DNA of 63,646 nt, counting the filler, from Octopus bimaculoides (taxonomy: Eukaryota): NCBI RefSeq assembly GCF_001194135.2. It is 6 parts of 4 records of this genome, joined end to end, with 100 filler letters (N's around TTAATTAATTAA, not from the genome) between each part and the next. Parts side by side here need not be neighbours in the genome. Positions count along the whole stretch, not along the records: positions 38,530 to 55,517 come from NC_068987.1; positions 55,618 to 58,555 come from NC_068990.1; positions 58,656 to 61,334 come from NC_069001.1; positions 61,435 to 63,646 come from NW_026387177.1; 2 more parts are not named here. One strand, 5' to 3'. Each line of letters starts with the position of its first letter. Position 1 is the first letter of the stretch. Positions 52,832 to 63,646 of the stretch are shown in pieces. The notes under the pieces were generated by a model. The model did no database searches, was not told the origin of the DNA, and worked only from the letters and a program-made list of their open reading frames with translations. A program made the position numbers and the translations under genes.

Positions 52832-55517
52832 GACTATTCGCCATTTATTTTAGGAGGGTTAGCCACAACAAGACATACACTATGCATTCATTTCCCAGCT
52901 CAAAGAGGTCAGCACCATCCTATGCTTAGATCAAAGCAAAAAAACACAACCCCCAAATCAGCAGCGAGGCCCGAAAACATATGCTGGTTTACCCCGGCTG
53001 CATCATGCTGGTTCTGTACCCCTTTGAGCAACATCAAATTCACTCATCCGTCCACTAACACTCTCCAAGGTTTCCTATCATCTATAAATTATCTTGGCTC
53101 TCTTACTCCATCAGCCCTAACCACCAAAGCTTTCCTCACTCCATCCATCTACAGAAACCAAGGTCTGCTTCTGGTTCTGCTGCTTACCACTTTTGCCTTC
53201 ATCGCCCTCCTTACCATCCGCTCCTCAGCCATCCTCTCCATATGGTCAAACCACCTCAACATTCATCTATTCATTTTGGTTATCTTTTCTCTCACTCCTG
53301 CTCGCCTTCGCACCTGTACATTCCTCATCCCGTCCATCCGTGTCACACCAACCATAGCCTTCAAACATCTCATCTCAAACACATCTAGTCGCCTCCTTTC
53401 TGCCTCTCTCAGCGCCAACGTCTCTGCACCATATAACATTGTCGGCCCAATCACACCCTCATATACACCTCTTTTTGCTTTCATACTCAAACTTTTATCT
53501 CTCAGCTTGCCTTTCACAATTCCAAGTATTTTACTCCCTTCCCTCACTCTATAACCCACTTCCTCAGCCAAGTCCTCATCCGCCGACACATGTGATCACA
53601 GATAATTAAAAACACTTACCTCTTCTAATACCATTTATACTCACATCCATCCTACCAGCCATCTCATTACCTTACTCTTAACTTCATCCACTTTCAGTTT
53701 CATCCTCTCACACACTCTTCCAAACTCTACCACAAGTCTCCTCAGTTGCTCTTCCGAATCCGCCACCAGTGCTGTACCATCAGCAAAGAACAACTGACTC
53801 ATCTGACATTTCTCTTAATTTTCTCCCAGCCACGGAGAATTCACATTATCCTGTCTTAAACCCACCTTCACATCAAGCCACTCACTTCATCACGTACCCT
53901 AACGCATGTCCTGCTTTCTATATAAAAACTTCGTACAGCTCTCGACAATCCACCATCTACTCCATACCATCGCAACCCCTGTCACATGTTATCGCTATCC
54001 ACATGATCATATGCCTTCTCTGGGTCCACAAATGTCCAATACACATCCTCCCCTTTGCTCAAAACTTCTCACACCTCTGCCTTGCTACAAATATTTGATC
54101 TAAACACCCGGTTCCACTCATAAAACCGCACTTCTCCTCATCTACTACACTCTGTCTGATTCCTCACCCTTCAAATCAGAATTCTCCCATACAGTTTAAC
54201 AAGCACACACGACAGACGAATACCCCTAAAACGTCCACACTCACATTTATCCCCTTTCCCCTTGTACAGTAACACTATACAGGCACTGCGCCAGTCCTTT
54301 CGTACTCTTCCAGCCATGTAACAAACATTCATCAATCTCACTATCGATTCAATCACTATCACTACTCCTTTCTTTAGACATTCACTTGCACATCCATCTA
54401 TAGCTGGAGCCTTCCGGTTTGCCATCTTCCGCAAGGATTCCCTCACCTCCTCCCTTCCAGTTGCACCGTAGTTCCATTCCCCAACAACAGGTTATCTCCC
54501 CTCTCCTCCAACAGTCACTATACTTGCCACCTTAACATCCTCCACATTTAACAGCTCAGTAAGATACTCTGCCCATCTCCTTTGTACATCCTCATTTCCT
54601 TTCAACACATTTCCATTTGCATCCTTCACCCTCTCTTCCTTTCCTCCAACCACCTTTCTTATACTCTATACCTCTTTCCAAAACGTCTTTTTATTTCTTA
54701 CAATATATTCACTCAACTTTTCCCCGAACCTTTCACTCACCTCCCATTTCACCACACTCACCACTCTCTTCACTCTCCACATCCTTTCTCTGTAGCAATC
54801 ATAAGCCGCCTCTCCATCCCTTTTCAGAAATCCATTCTTCAAAGGTCCTTTTCTCCTCTACCACTGCATCCTCACACCCATTCCAACCACTTGTGTAACC
54901 ACCATACCTCAGAAGCACATCTCATTACTGCTTCTCTAAAAGCCTCACACCACTCCTCCTCCTCCTCCTCCTCCTCCACATGTTCTATTCCTCGTTTCTT
55001 AACCCGTTCATATTCACCTCCCAGTGTCTCTACAAACTCCTCCTACTTCCCTGTCCTATCCAGTTCACTCACCTTCACAACATCTGCCCTCTTTGTCACT
55101 CGTCTAGCATTGCATGTTGAGCATACCTTTAACTTACCCTGTACTAAGAAGTGATCCGACACTCTTCCACCTTCACCTCTCATTGCATGCACAGCGACCA
55201 ACCTTCCCACCACTCTCTTATAAATTAATACATAATCCATCAAAGCTCTATGCACTACTGTTCTTCCCTCCATCCTCCAACATGTGAACTTATTTTTCTC
55301 TCACTTTTTAAAAAGACTATTCCTCTCCACCAACTCCTGCTCCATGCACATTTCCAACAACCTCCTACCATTCCCATTCCGACCAGGAACTCCATATTTG
55401 CCTACTACATTTTATAATTTCATTTTCCACTCGTGCATTCAAATCACCCAACACCACTACCTAACCATCTTCGCTACCCTATCGACAAACTCTGTTAGTT
55501 CCTTCCAGAACTCCTCT
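52832..55517 (-). mobile_element. RTE-clade LINE (APE end, RT, C-terminal region), degenerate; 5' end cut by the scaffold join
   Basis: Minus strand ALMDYVL...SDHFLVQGKLK (APE), KAPAIDG...LYKGKGDK.EC..FRGI (RT N-term), VKVGLRQ, LFFADG (FADD mutated) and PTMLYGAET...FEMRCL. Frameshifts, stops and an internal deletion. Confidence 0.88.
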
Positions 55518-55620
55518 NNNNNNNNNNNNNNNNNNNNNNNNNNNNNNNNNNNNNNNNNNNNTTAATTAATTAANNNNNNNNNNNNNNNNNNNNNNNNNNN
55601 NNNNNNNNNNNNNNNNNTAT

Positions 55621-56173
55621 CGGCGGTGTATATTTCGTTTATCACTGTTATTTATGACATCGTTCGTGCGTTTGTACTGGTTTTAGCTTTAGGGTTTTAG
55701 GGTTAGGGTTTTAGGGTTAGGGTTTTAGGGTTAGGGTTTTAGGGTTAGGGTCTTAGGGTTAGGGTTGGGGTTGGGATTTTAGGGCTAGGGTTAGGGTTGG
55801 GGTTTTTATGGTGAGGGTTACGGAAAAAAGTGAAAAATGAAGAAATTGGAGGGGGGGTAAGGGAGTGCCAAAAAGTTTCAAAATTCCGATTTTTGGCAAT
55901 TTTCCGGAATCTCCGTATCCGAAAAGGTAGGTTTTTGGCAAAAGGATTAAAACAAAAACATTAATTTGCGAGAAAATGGTGGGTGGGGCCGGGAGGAAAT
56001 CTTTCCGAAAATAATAGCTGAAAAAAAAAAAATCCTGAAAAGCAGTAGAAATGCATGAACGATTATGATGGTGTCGTGAAGTAAACGTGCTTCAGATAAT
56101 CGCTTATTCATACGAACGTAACTGAGATGAAATATGTCATAAATAAAAGTGACAAACGAAATATACACCGCCG
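55621..56173. mobile_element. TIR-bounded non-autonomous element containing telomere-like repeats
   Basis: 39-bp inverted repeats at 55621-55659 and 56135-56173 with 2 mismatches. (TTTTAGGG TTAGGG)x5 at 55695-55764, then degenerate units. Confidence 0.75.
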
Positions 56174-56494
56174 GAAGTTGTTGACAAACAACAGCAGTAA
56201 CTTTATTCAGCTCAATAGACGTCGTTGATTACCCAAATACGACAACTTTAACACGAAATAATTTCGAAAATACAAACTTTTCTCAACAACGCTAAGAGTA
56301 AAAGATGTTCTATATGACACATTCTACCAGTATCCGAAGTTTGAAAGTGTTTAGTTAAAAAAAATTAATCTATCGACCTGCTGATCAAAAGGAAAAGATC
56401 CGGCGAAAGTGATTTTCGCAGTCAATCTTCCCCGGATGAACTTACAAACATGGAAAGAGGTTGTAGCAGCAGCAACAGCAGCAGAAGAAGCAGT

Positions 56495-56545
<51 letters not shown>

Positions 56546-56839
56546 ACAAACATTAAAGAAAAGACGTAAAAACAACAACGCCAGTACCACCACCGCCATC
56601 ACGAAAACCGACAAAAGCAACAACAACAACGAACAAGAAAAGTTGGTCTGCATAAATAACACCTGCAAATTCATCCACCATCGCAACCACTACCATCATT
56701 AACGCCAGCACAGTCTCTGAAAACGACAAAAACTACAAATCGCGCGTTAACAGTTCGCAGCTGCGACGCGTCAGGCACTAGAAAGTGTAAATCTGACGAC
56801 GGACGATTTGAAAATTGCAAAAAGCATTTTAAAAAGACA

Positions 56840-57600
56840 TGGAAAAAGGATTATTCTTAACAAGCCAGTGTACAGGACACACTGAGAAAAGCAATAACAC
56901 ACAAAACAATAAGAGTTAAAAATCGTAGATTAGAACGGGCGACACAACAACAAATTGAAACGTGGCTACGTCCAGTGTGAGACACAAAAACCTACGTTGC
57001 AAGAGGAGGAGGCAGGGACCCACTTGACTCTAAAAATGAAGGCCTGCTTCTAGTACCCATATACTCGTGTCGTCAAGTGGCGAAAACAAAAAGTGCTGAC
57101 ATACCACCAGAGATAGACAGTTGGTGGCAGCTGTCCTCTTGTACATATCCTATAGATACCGAAACTGCATAAACAAAATAGGTTGTAGCAGGCATAGATT
57201 TGTAGGTGCAAATTGATCACTAAAGAGATCTCGTTAACAACTTAACAGAAATCTTAAACTTTATGTTTAGCTGAGTTATGGGCCGGAATTGTGAATGTAA
57301 CATGCTGGTAGAGAAAGAATACAACAAAAAACATCACAACTAGGGGAGAATAATCCACTGGGAGTTATGTAGAAGTTAGGATTTGATCATATTGATGAAT
57401 ATTATGAACACGAACCCAGTAAAGTGCTGGAAAGTAAGAGATATAAGATTTTGTGAGGTTTTAACATTGAGACTGACATAGTAATAGAAGCTAGATGACC
57501 TGATTTAGTAGTAGTAGGCGAAGAGTGTCAGACAATTGACTTTACAGTCCCAAATGATGAGAAAGTCAATATGGGAGGTATAAAAAAACAGCAATGCACC
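56840..57600 (+). mobile_element. Remnant of an RLE-type (R4/Dong-like) non-LTR retrotransposon C-terminus
   Basis: KEYNKKHHN..IIHWELC and EHEPSKVLES..YKIL*GFNIETD.VIEAR*PDLVVV...IDFTVPND match the zinc-knuckle-to-RLE region. Confidence 0.7.
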
Positions 57601-58293
57601 AGACCCAAGCCACGAGGGTAACATTCAAAGCCGTATTAATGTTTGTGGTAATGATCATGATGAGAGGTTGAGAAAGGGGAAAAGAAATAGACAATCGCTA
57701 ACTAAAAGCCTATGGTGGAAGTGTTTGAAGTTGGCAAGGCAAGAAGGTAGTTGGGAATATAAGTAAGAGCAAACGATACACAATGTGCCTCAAAACAATT
57801 GCTAGTGACTTTTTGTCCAGGCTTGTTAGGACAGAAAAGACAGGGAGGTTGTGGAGGTGGGAGGCTCTGAAGAAATTAAATAAGAAATAAGTGAATAACT
57901 AAATAAAGGAATAAATAAATGGATACTATTCCGCTAGACATTTAAAATGCTAAAGTTCAAACAGAATGAGCATAAAATTAAGAGTGTATATAACCACGAG
58001 CACGTGTTGAGTGCCGCACTGGAAATCCTCCGATTTTCTACCCTCGCACGACCATGATATATATATATATATATATATTAGCCAGGATCAGGTAATAAAT
58101 CCAAGGCTGTGAGGACATTTATAAGGAAATAGTCTTACTGCTGTTTCTGGGATATCATGGATATCCCTTCATTAGAGACTGTGTGAGAAAATATTTGAGT
58201 TCGAATTATTGTGAAAAAGATAGGGAATATATGGGGAAATAAGAGAATGAAAGTAGAAATAAGATATATAAAGATACTGTAGTTGCAGATCCA

Positions 58294-58330
<37 letters not shown>

Positions 58331-58977
58331 ATGAAAAAAAGCCAGAATGCTGAACTGGAAGCATAATTTAATAAAGATTTTTTCTAACCGGTTTTCATTG
58401 CGAAGAAGCAAATTATCAAGAAGAAGGAGAATGAAAATGTTTTTTTACAAAGAAGTACAAAATGAAGAAAATAATATATAAAACAATAATATATAAAAAA
58501 ATAAATATACCCATACATTATATTGTCTTTGAGCTTTTGCAGTTCAATAGTAGTTNNNNNNNNNNNNNNNNNNNNNNNNNNNNNNNNNNNNNNNNNNNNT
58601 TAATTAATTAANNNNNNNNNNNNNNNNNNNNNNNNNNNNNNNNNNNNNNNNNNNNTATTAATTAATATTTTTTAAAATGTTTTTTTTTAAAGTACAAAAA
58701 ATATTCTGAGTTATTTTAAATTTTTAATAGAAGTAACAAGTAATAACAAATAAATAAAAGTAATAACTTGTAATAAAATTCTTAGTTTTAATAAAAGCTC
58801 ATATTTTCTAAATCTAAATATTTTATTTGAAATTATCCTTAGCTGCGATATTTTAAGTAAAAATATTTTTGTTCTGTACTTTACCAGATGTAATAACTTG
58901 TCCTGTACTTTCCCAGGTTTATAATCTTAAGAATATTATTTCTCTTGCCTGCAATATTTCCATGCAATATATATACC

Positions 58978-59340
58978 TTTTACTTGTTTCAGCTATTAGA
59001 CTGTGGCTATGCTAGAGCACCGCCTTTGAGAATTTTTTTTAATCTTTAGTCAAATTAATCAATGCCAGAACTTTATTTTAAGCCTTGTACTTATTATTTT
59101 GGTCTCTTTTGCCGAACCACTAGGTTATGGAGATGTAAACATACCAACACTAGTTGTCAAGCAATGTTTGGAAGAAACAGAGACACACACATTACAGGCT
59201 TTTTTCAGTTTCCACCTCCCAAATCCAATCACAAGGCTCTTGTTGGCCAGAGGCTATAGTAAGAAACACTTGCCCAATGAAACTGAACCTAGAACCATGT
59301 GGTTGGGAAGAAAGTTTCTTACCACACAAACACGTCTGCA
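58978..59340 (-). mobile_element. SINE family D
   Basis: Reverse complement of the family D body (GTGGCTATGCTAGAGCACCGCCTT...AGAACCATGTGGTTGGGAAG). Confidence 0.75.
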
Positions 59341-59347
59341 CCTAAAA

Positions 59348-59550
59348 TACACCATTTTGAGCGTGGCCGTTGCCAGTACCGCCTGACTCTCTGAGTGGTT
59401 GGCGTTAGGAAGGGCATCCAGCTGTAGAAACTCATGCCAAATCAGATTGGAGCCTGGTGTTGCCATCCGGTTTCACCAGTCCTCAGTCAAATCGTCCAAC
59501 CCATGCTAGCATGGAAAGCGGACGTTAAACGATGATGTTGATGATGATGA
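59348..59550 (+). mobile_element. SINE-like element with (GAT)n tail
   Basis: Same family as 32372-32850. Confidence 0.75.
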
Positions 59551-59763
59551 AGACTACAATTCCCCCTTCGTGTGACTTTTGCCATGTCCATAAACAAATC
59601 TCAGGGTCAAACACTGTCTGTAGCTGGTCTTCTCTTGGAAGAGCCCTGCTTCTCACATGGACAACTGTATGTTGGCTGCTCAAGAGTGGGCAGCAAAAAA
59701 AACCTATTTGTATATGCTCCACAAGGGAAAACAAGGAACATTGTTTACAACGAGGTGTTATAA
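59551..59763 (+). mobile_element. Helitron RepHel C-terminal PIF1-helicase fragment
   Basis: RLQFPLRVTFAMSINKSQGQT...PCFSHGQLYVGCSRVG...GKTRNIVYNEVL* contains helicase motifs V-VI and the typical RepHel C-terminus. Confidence 0.92.
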
Positions 59764-59882
59764 TCACAATAGCAAGAAAGTATGTACATGATCACCTTCT
59801 TTTACGAAACTTCATTGACGTTCATATATTTATATTGATATACATATATATACGTGTGTTTGGGTGCGTGTGTGTATATACA

Positions 59883-59973
59883 TCTCTATATATAAAGATG
59901 ATGCGTAGTCTAGACGGCGTTTTTAGATTTCATTATTCTCTTTAACCCGGGCAACGCCGGGTATTTCTGCTAG
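59883..59973 (+). mobile_element. Helitron termini: 5' TC(TCTATATATAAAG) and 3' hairpin + CTAG, between A and T
   Basis: A at 59882 precedes TC. Hairpin ACCCGG-GCAACG-CCGGGT at 59945-59962, CTAG at 59970-59973, T at 59974. Confidence 0.75.
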
Positions 59974-60344
59974 TTTATAATATTTTTATATAAAAATAAA
60001 TGATGTTAGTATTTGTAGAAAGTATGATTTAATAACAGAACAAGGGTAACAGAGCCAAGGCTTAATCTTTTTCTTGATTATTCTTGAACTAATAAGTTTG
60101 ATTTATAACAAAATATGCTTTATTATGAAACACCTGAATCAGATCCAACTCAGTCTCACAGAATACATGCATGCACACACACACACACGTATATATGTGT
60201 GCATATAAATGTGTGCATGTGCATGCATCTCTGCATGTTTCTTACCATTTGACAACAACCAGTATTGGTTTCCTTGCATTCCTGTAACTTAGCAGTTCAG
60301 AAAAAGAAACAGAAAGAACAAATCCAAGACATAAAATGAGTACT

Positions 60345-60560
60345 TGAAGTCAATGAGGACAGCTGCATAAAGAAGTACTGATCACTAATGTGGGTGGGAT
60401 CTATGGAAGAGAGAGACCCAGGAAAACATTGGACAAAGTGATTGAAACCAACCTCATGATGTTGAGCCTCACAAAAGAGATGACAAAGGACCAAGATCAC
60501 TGGCAATTTGCTGTGCTTGAGAAGACCTGTTCACCCCAGCAAAAATGAAATCCTAAAAGC
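60345..60560 (+). mobile_element. RTE LINE 3' remnant
   Basis: GRERPRKTLDKVIETNL..L.LTKEMTKDQDHWQFAVLEKT resembles the RTE GRPRKTW C-terminus. Confidence 0.55.
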
Positions 60561-60934
60561 ATTTTGTTTTGTTTATTGCTCCCACATTCAGGCCATCTTC
60601 TCAACAGCCATCCTCTCATTACTCTTCTAATGACAACACTATCTCTACTGTTGTAACTATAATTATATGCACATATTTCATCCCCACACCTTTATGCTAC
60701 CATTTTCTCCTCTTCTTAGGACCACCTCCCTATGTCACCCACCTCACATTCTCAATATCATCCCATATCACTACTGAACAGTACAATCACCAGATCTCAA
60801 TATAATCAAATTTTTATGGAGTATTTTGAAGCAGCTTAACTACGAGCAATTTTCTCTAATAGCAACTCATAATTTAAGAACACTCAGAAAGGAAGAAAAA
60901 TGAATCGAACTAGCTGAAAATTTCAAAAGGTTTA

Positions 60935-61334
60935 ACTTGAGTTTAACTTAAGACAACACACAGATGGATGTCTACTCACCACAACATCAGCATGGAGATC
61001 ATCTAATGGTGCAGTGTTAGGTGGTGTTGGATTTGTTGTCAGCAAGACAGTGGAGGGTACTCTAGCTGAAATAAGACCTGTGAACAACAGGATCCTTGTC
61101 ACAGTATTCAGTGGTAATCCTAAAACCATAGTGATATTGCACCAACTGAAGGTAGTGAGGGAGCAGAACATTATGAAGCATTAACTGAAACAGTGAATGC
61201 TGTGCCTAAGTTCAATCTTAATGCTGGTGCTTGGAAATTTAAATGCACATCTTGGTCAGGACATATCACCACACATGTCACCAACACACAAATGGAAACA
61301 ACAGACTGCTATATGAACTTTGTGTAGAAACAGG
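60935..61334 (+). mobile_element. RTE-like LINE apurinic endonuclease fragment
   Basis: TTSAWRSSNGAVLGGVGFVV...RILVTVFSGNPKTIVI..PTE...VPKFNL..LGNLNAHLG (GDFNAH-like); frameshifted and cut by a join. Confidence 0.75.
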
Positions 61335-62692
61335 NNNNNNNNNNNNNNNNNNNNNNNNNNNNNNNNNNNNNNNNNNNNTTAATTAATTAANNNNNNNNNN
61401 NNNNNNNNNNNNNNNNNNNNNNNNNNNNNNNNNNTGTGCACATGTCTGCCCGTGTCCCCTTGTCTTGTCATCAGCTGCTAATTATAAACAAACGTCACGT
61501 CACACAAACAGTGTCCTTTGTTTGCAGTGTTCCACCAGAAAACATATCCAACCATTCTGCTGTTCATGTTTGAAGAACTTGGTGAAATATTCTCTTGCTT
61601 GAAACCAGGTGAGGATTGGTGACCCTCATCGAGTGTAGCCATGCACTTGACTGAGTGGGACTCACAAGAACCTGGCAAGAAACAAAACAAAATTATGAGA
61701 GGGAAAACAGAGAAAAGAAAATACATCATCTGATGTATTATAAAGGTTTTGACATCCATTTTCCCTAACTGGCATGGGTAGGACAGTTGAAGAGGAAGCA
61801 GTGAGCCAGAGGACATTGGTGAGCTCCAATGAAAGATTTGGCAAGATTTCTACAGCTGGATAATCTTCCTAACACCAAATGGACACACACACACGTGTGT
61901 GTGCGTGTGTTTATGCGTGCATGGGAGTATATGAATGTATAAACATGGNNNNNNNNNNNNNNNNNNNNNNNNNNNNNNNNNNNNNNNNNNNNNNNNNNNN
62001 NNNNNNNNNNNNNNNNNNNNNNNNNNNNNNNNNNNNNNNNNNNNNNNNNNNNNNNNNNNNNNNNNNNNNNNNNNNNNNNNNNNNNNNNNNNNNNNNNNNN
62101 NNNNNNNNNNNNNNNNNNNNNNNNNNNNNNNNNNNNNNNNNNNNNNNNNNNNNNNNNNNNNNNNNNNNNNNNNNNNNNNNNNNNNNNNNNNNNNNNNNNN
62201 NNNNNNNNNNNNNNNNNNNNNNNNNNNNNNNNNNNNNNNNNNNNNNNNNNACATCTGATTTTGTATGCTAGCATGGGTTAGATGAATATATTATTGCAGC
62301 ATTGTTTTAGAGACAGACAGCCTTTCTATTGCTCACCCAAAACCATTTTGCAAGAACAAAAGTTCTTATTTCCCATGTCTTCCAAGGTGGGGGTGATTGG
62401 TTGACAGATGTGTCTGCTTGGAGCAACTTAAAACAGATTGCAAACATAAACAAATGCAAAGACACCTACACACACACACACTCAGCTCGAGTTCACTGCT
62501 TCCTGTAGCAGAAACAGCTGGAAGCTAATGGAAGTGATTACAGAACTCATCTTCTTTTGTTGTTCATTAATTCATGTCTATAAACATACATATATATACA
62601 TACACAGACACAAACATTTATACATGGGTATGTGAAGGTATATTCATATAATTACACCTGTGTGTCTATGTATATGTGTATATATATATATA

Positions 62693-62725
<33 letters not shown>

Positions 62726-63646
62726 TAGTATTTAGCAGAAGTAACAGAGTGACCCAAGAGCCCAAAGTTTCGTTTATTAGCATTTATCAAACTGGTTCTT
62801 TGGAGATAAATTCCCAGACCACCAAAGAACTTGTTTGATGAGTGTCAACTCTCAGACCTTGAGTCCCTACTGCCATGCCCCTATTACCCCTACCTCTACC
62901 TTTCATCTCTCAAGCTCTTACTCTCTTCTTCTTTTTACTCTGCCGATTTTTGGCAATTTTCTGGAACCTCTGTATCCGAAAACGGAGGTTTCTGGCAAAA
63001 AAAAAAATCAAAAATAAACAAAATTGGGAGGAAATGGTGGGGCGGACGGGCGGAAGTTTTCCTAATATTTTTTTACAACCGAAATTTCCGTTTTTGTTTC
63101 GTGAAATAATAAAAAAAATATATATTTGTAAGATTTTGCTGTTATTTCTAGCATATGGAGAGACCTTGTAGGCTTAACTTTATGTCCTCGTTGAAAATCA
63201 CCTAAAGATTCGGGGGTATTCAAGTAAAGTTTCTAAACACGAGAAAATGACCAAAAAATACAACCATAGGGCTTTTGTCCGAGGCCCTTTTTTCCTAGGG
63301 GGCCTTTGCCCGGATCCCACAAGACGGGTGTACGTCTATCTGCTTGTGGACATATATCTGTGTATCTATGACATATGTATAACAAGGTAGAATGAGGAGA
63401 ACATTTTAGGATTCTATTCTAGGACTCAACCAAGTAGAAATACACACACCAGTTTATAATTTATATATCCGTACTTGTTTCACTCATTGGACTGCGGTCA
63501 TCCTGGGATGCTACATTGAACGGTTTTATAAATGTAATTTAACTGCTATTTCTAGCGTACTATGTTTGTCTCACAGTCTTCATTTCAGGCCTTTAATTAA
63601 TTACGTTTATGAAATGACAATTAAAAGTCTTATTCAAACAAGAATT

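Noticed and set aside
52922-55154. + strand ORFs of 93-210 aa
   Set aside because: Antisense shadows of the purine-biased RTE on the minus strand.
55695-55820. True chromosomal telomere
   Set aside because: The G-rich strand points into the scaffold, the array is short and heterogeneous, and it is enclosed by inverted repeats.

Overview
AT-rich, microsatellite-dense eukaryotic draft-genome DNA. The SINE families and repeat load point to an octopus (inference). Five identical synthetic 100-bp spacers (44N-TTAATTAATTAA-44N) show the window is six joined scaffolds, so adjacency across them is unproven. The only well-supported gene is a + strand MFS transporter of the oxalate:formate antiporter (OFA/OxlT-like) type. 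Ten phase-consistent coding exons lie between 2917 and 18577; the first coding exon was not found. The rest is mobile DNA: tRNA-headed SINEs, RTE and RLE-type LINE remnants, mariner and Chapaev3-like transposase remnants, a Helitron helicase fragment with canonical termini, and a TIR element carrying telomere-like repeats. The most notable unannotated signal is a set of hammerhead-ribozyme-like motifs (CUGANGA...GAAA, mostly with a palindromic helix III, Penelope-like type). Several lie in the transporter's introns, some as inverted pairs, and most carry damaging substitutions. No CRISPR array, rRNA or true tRNA gene was seen.
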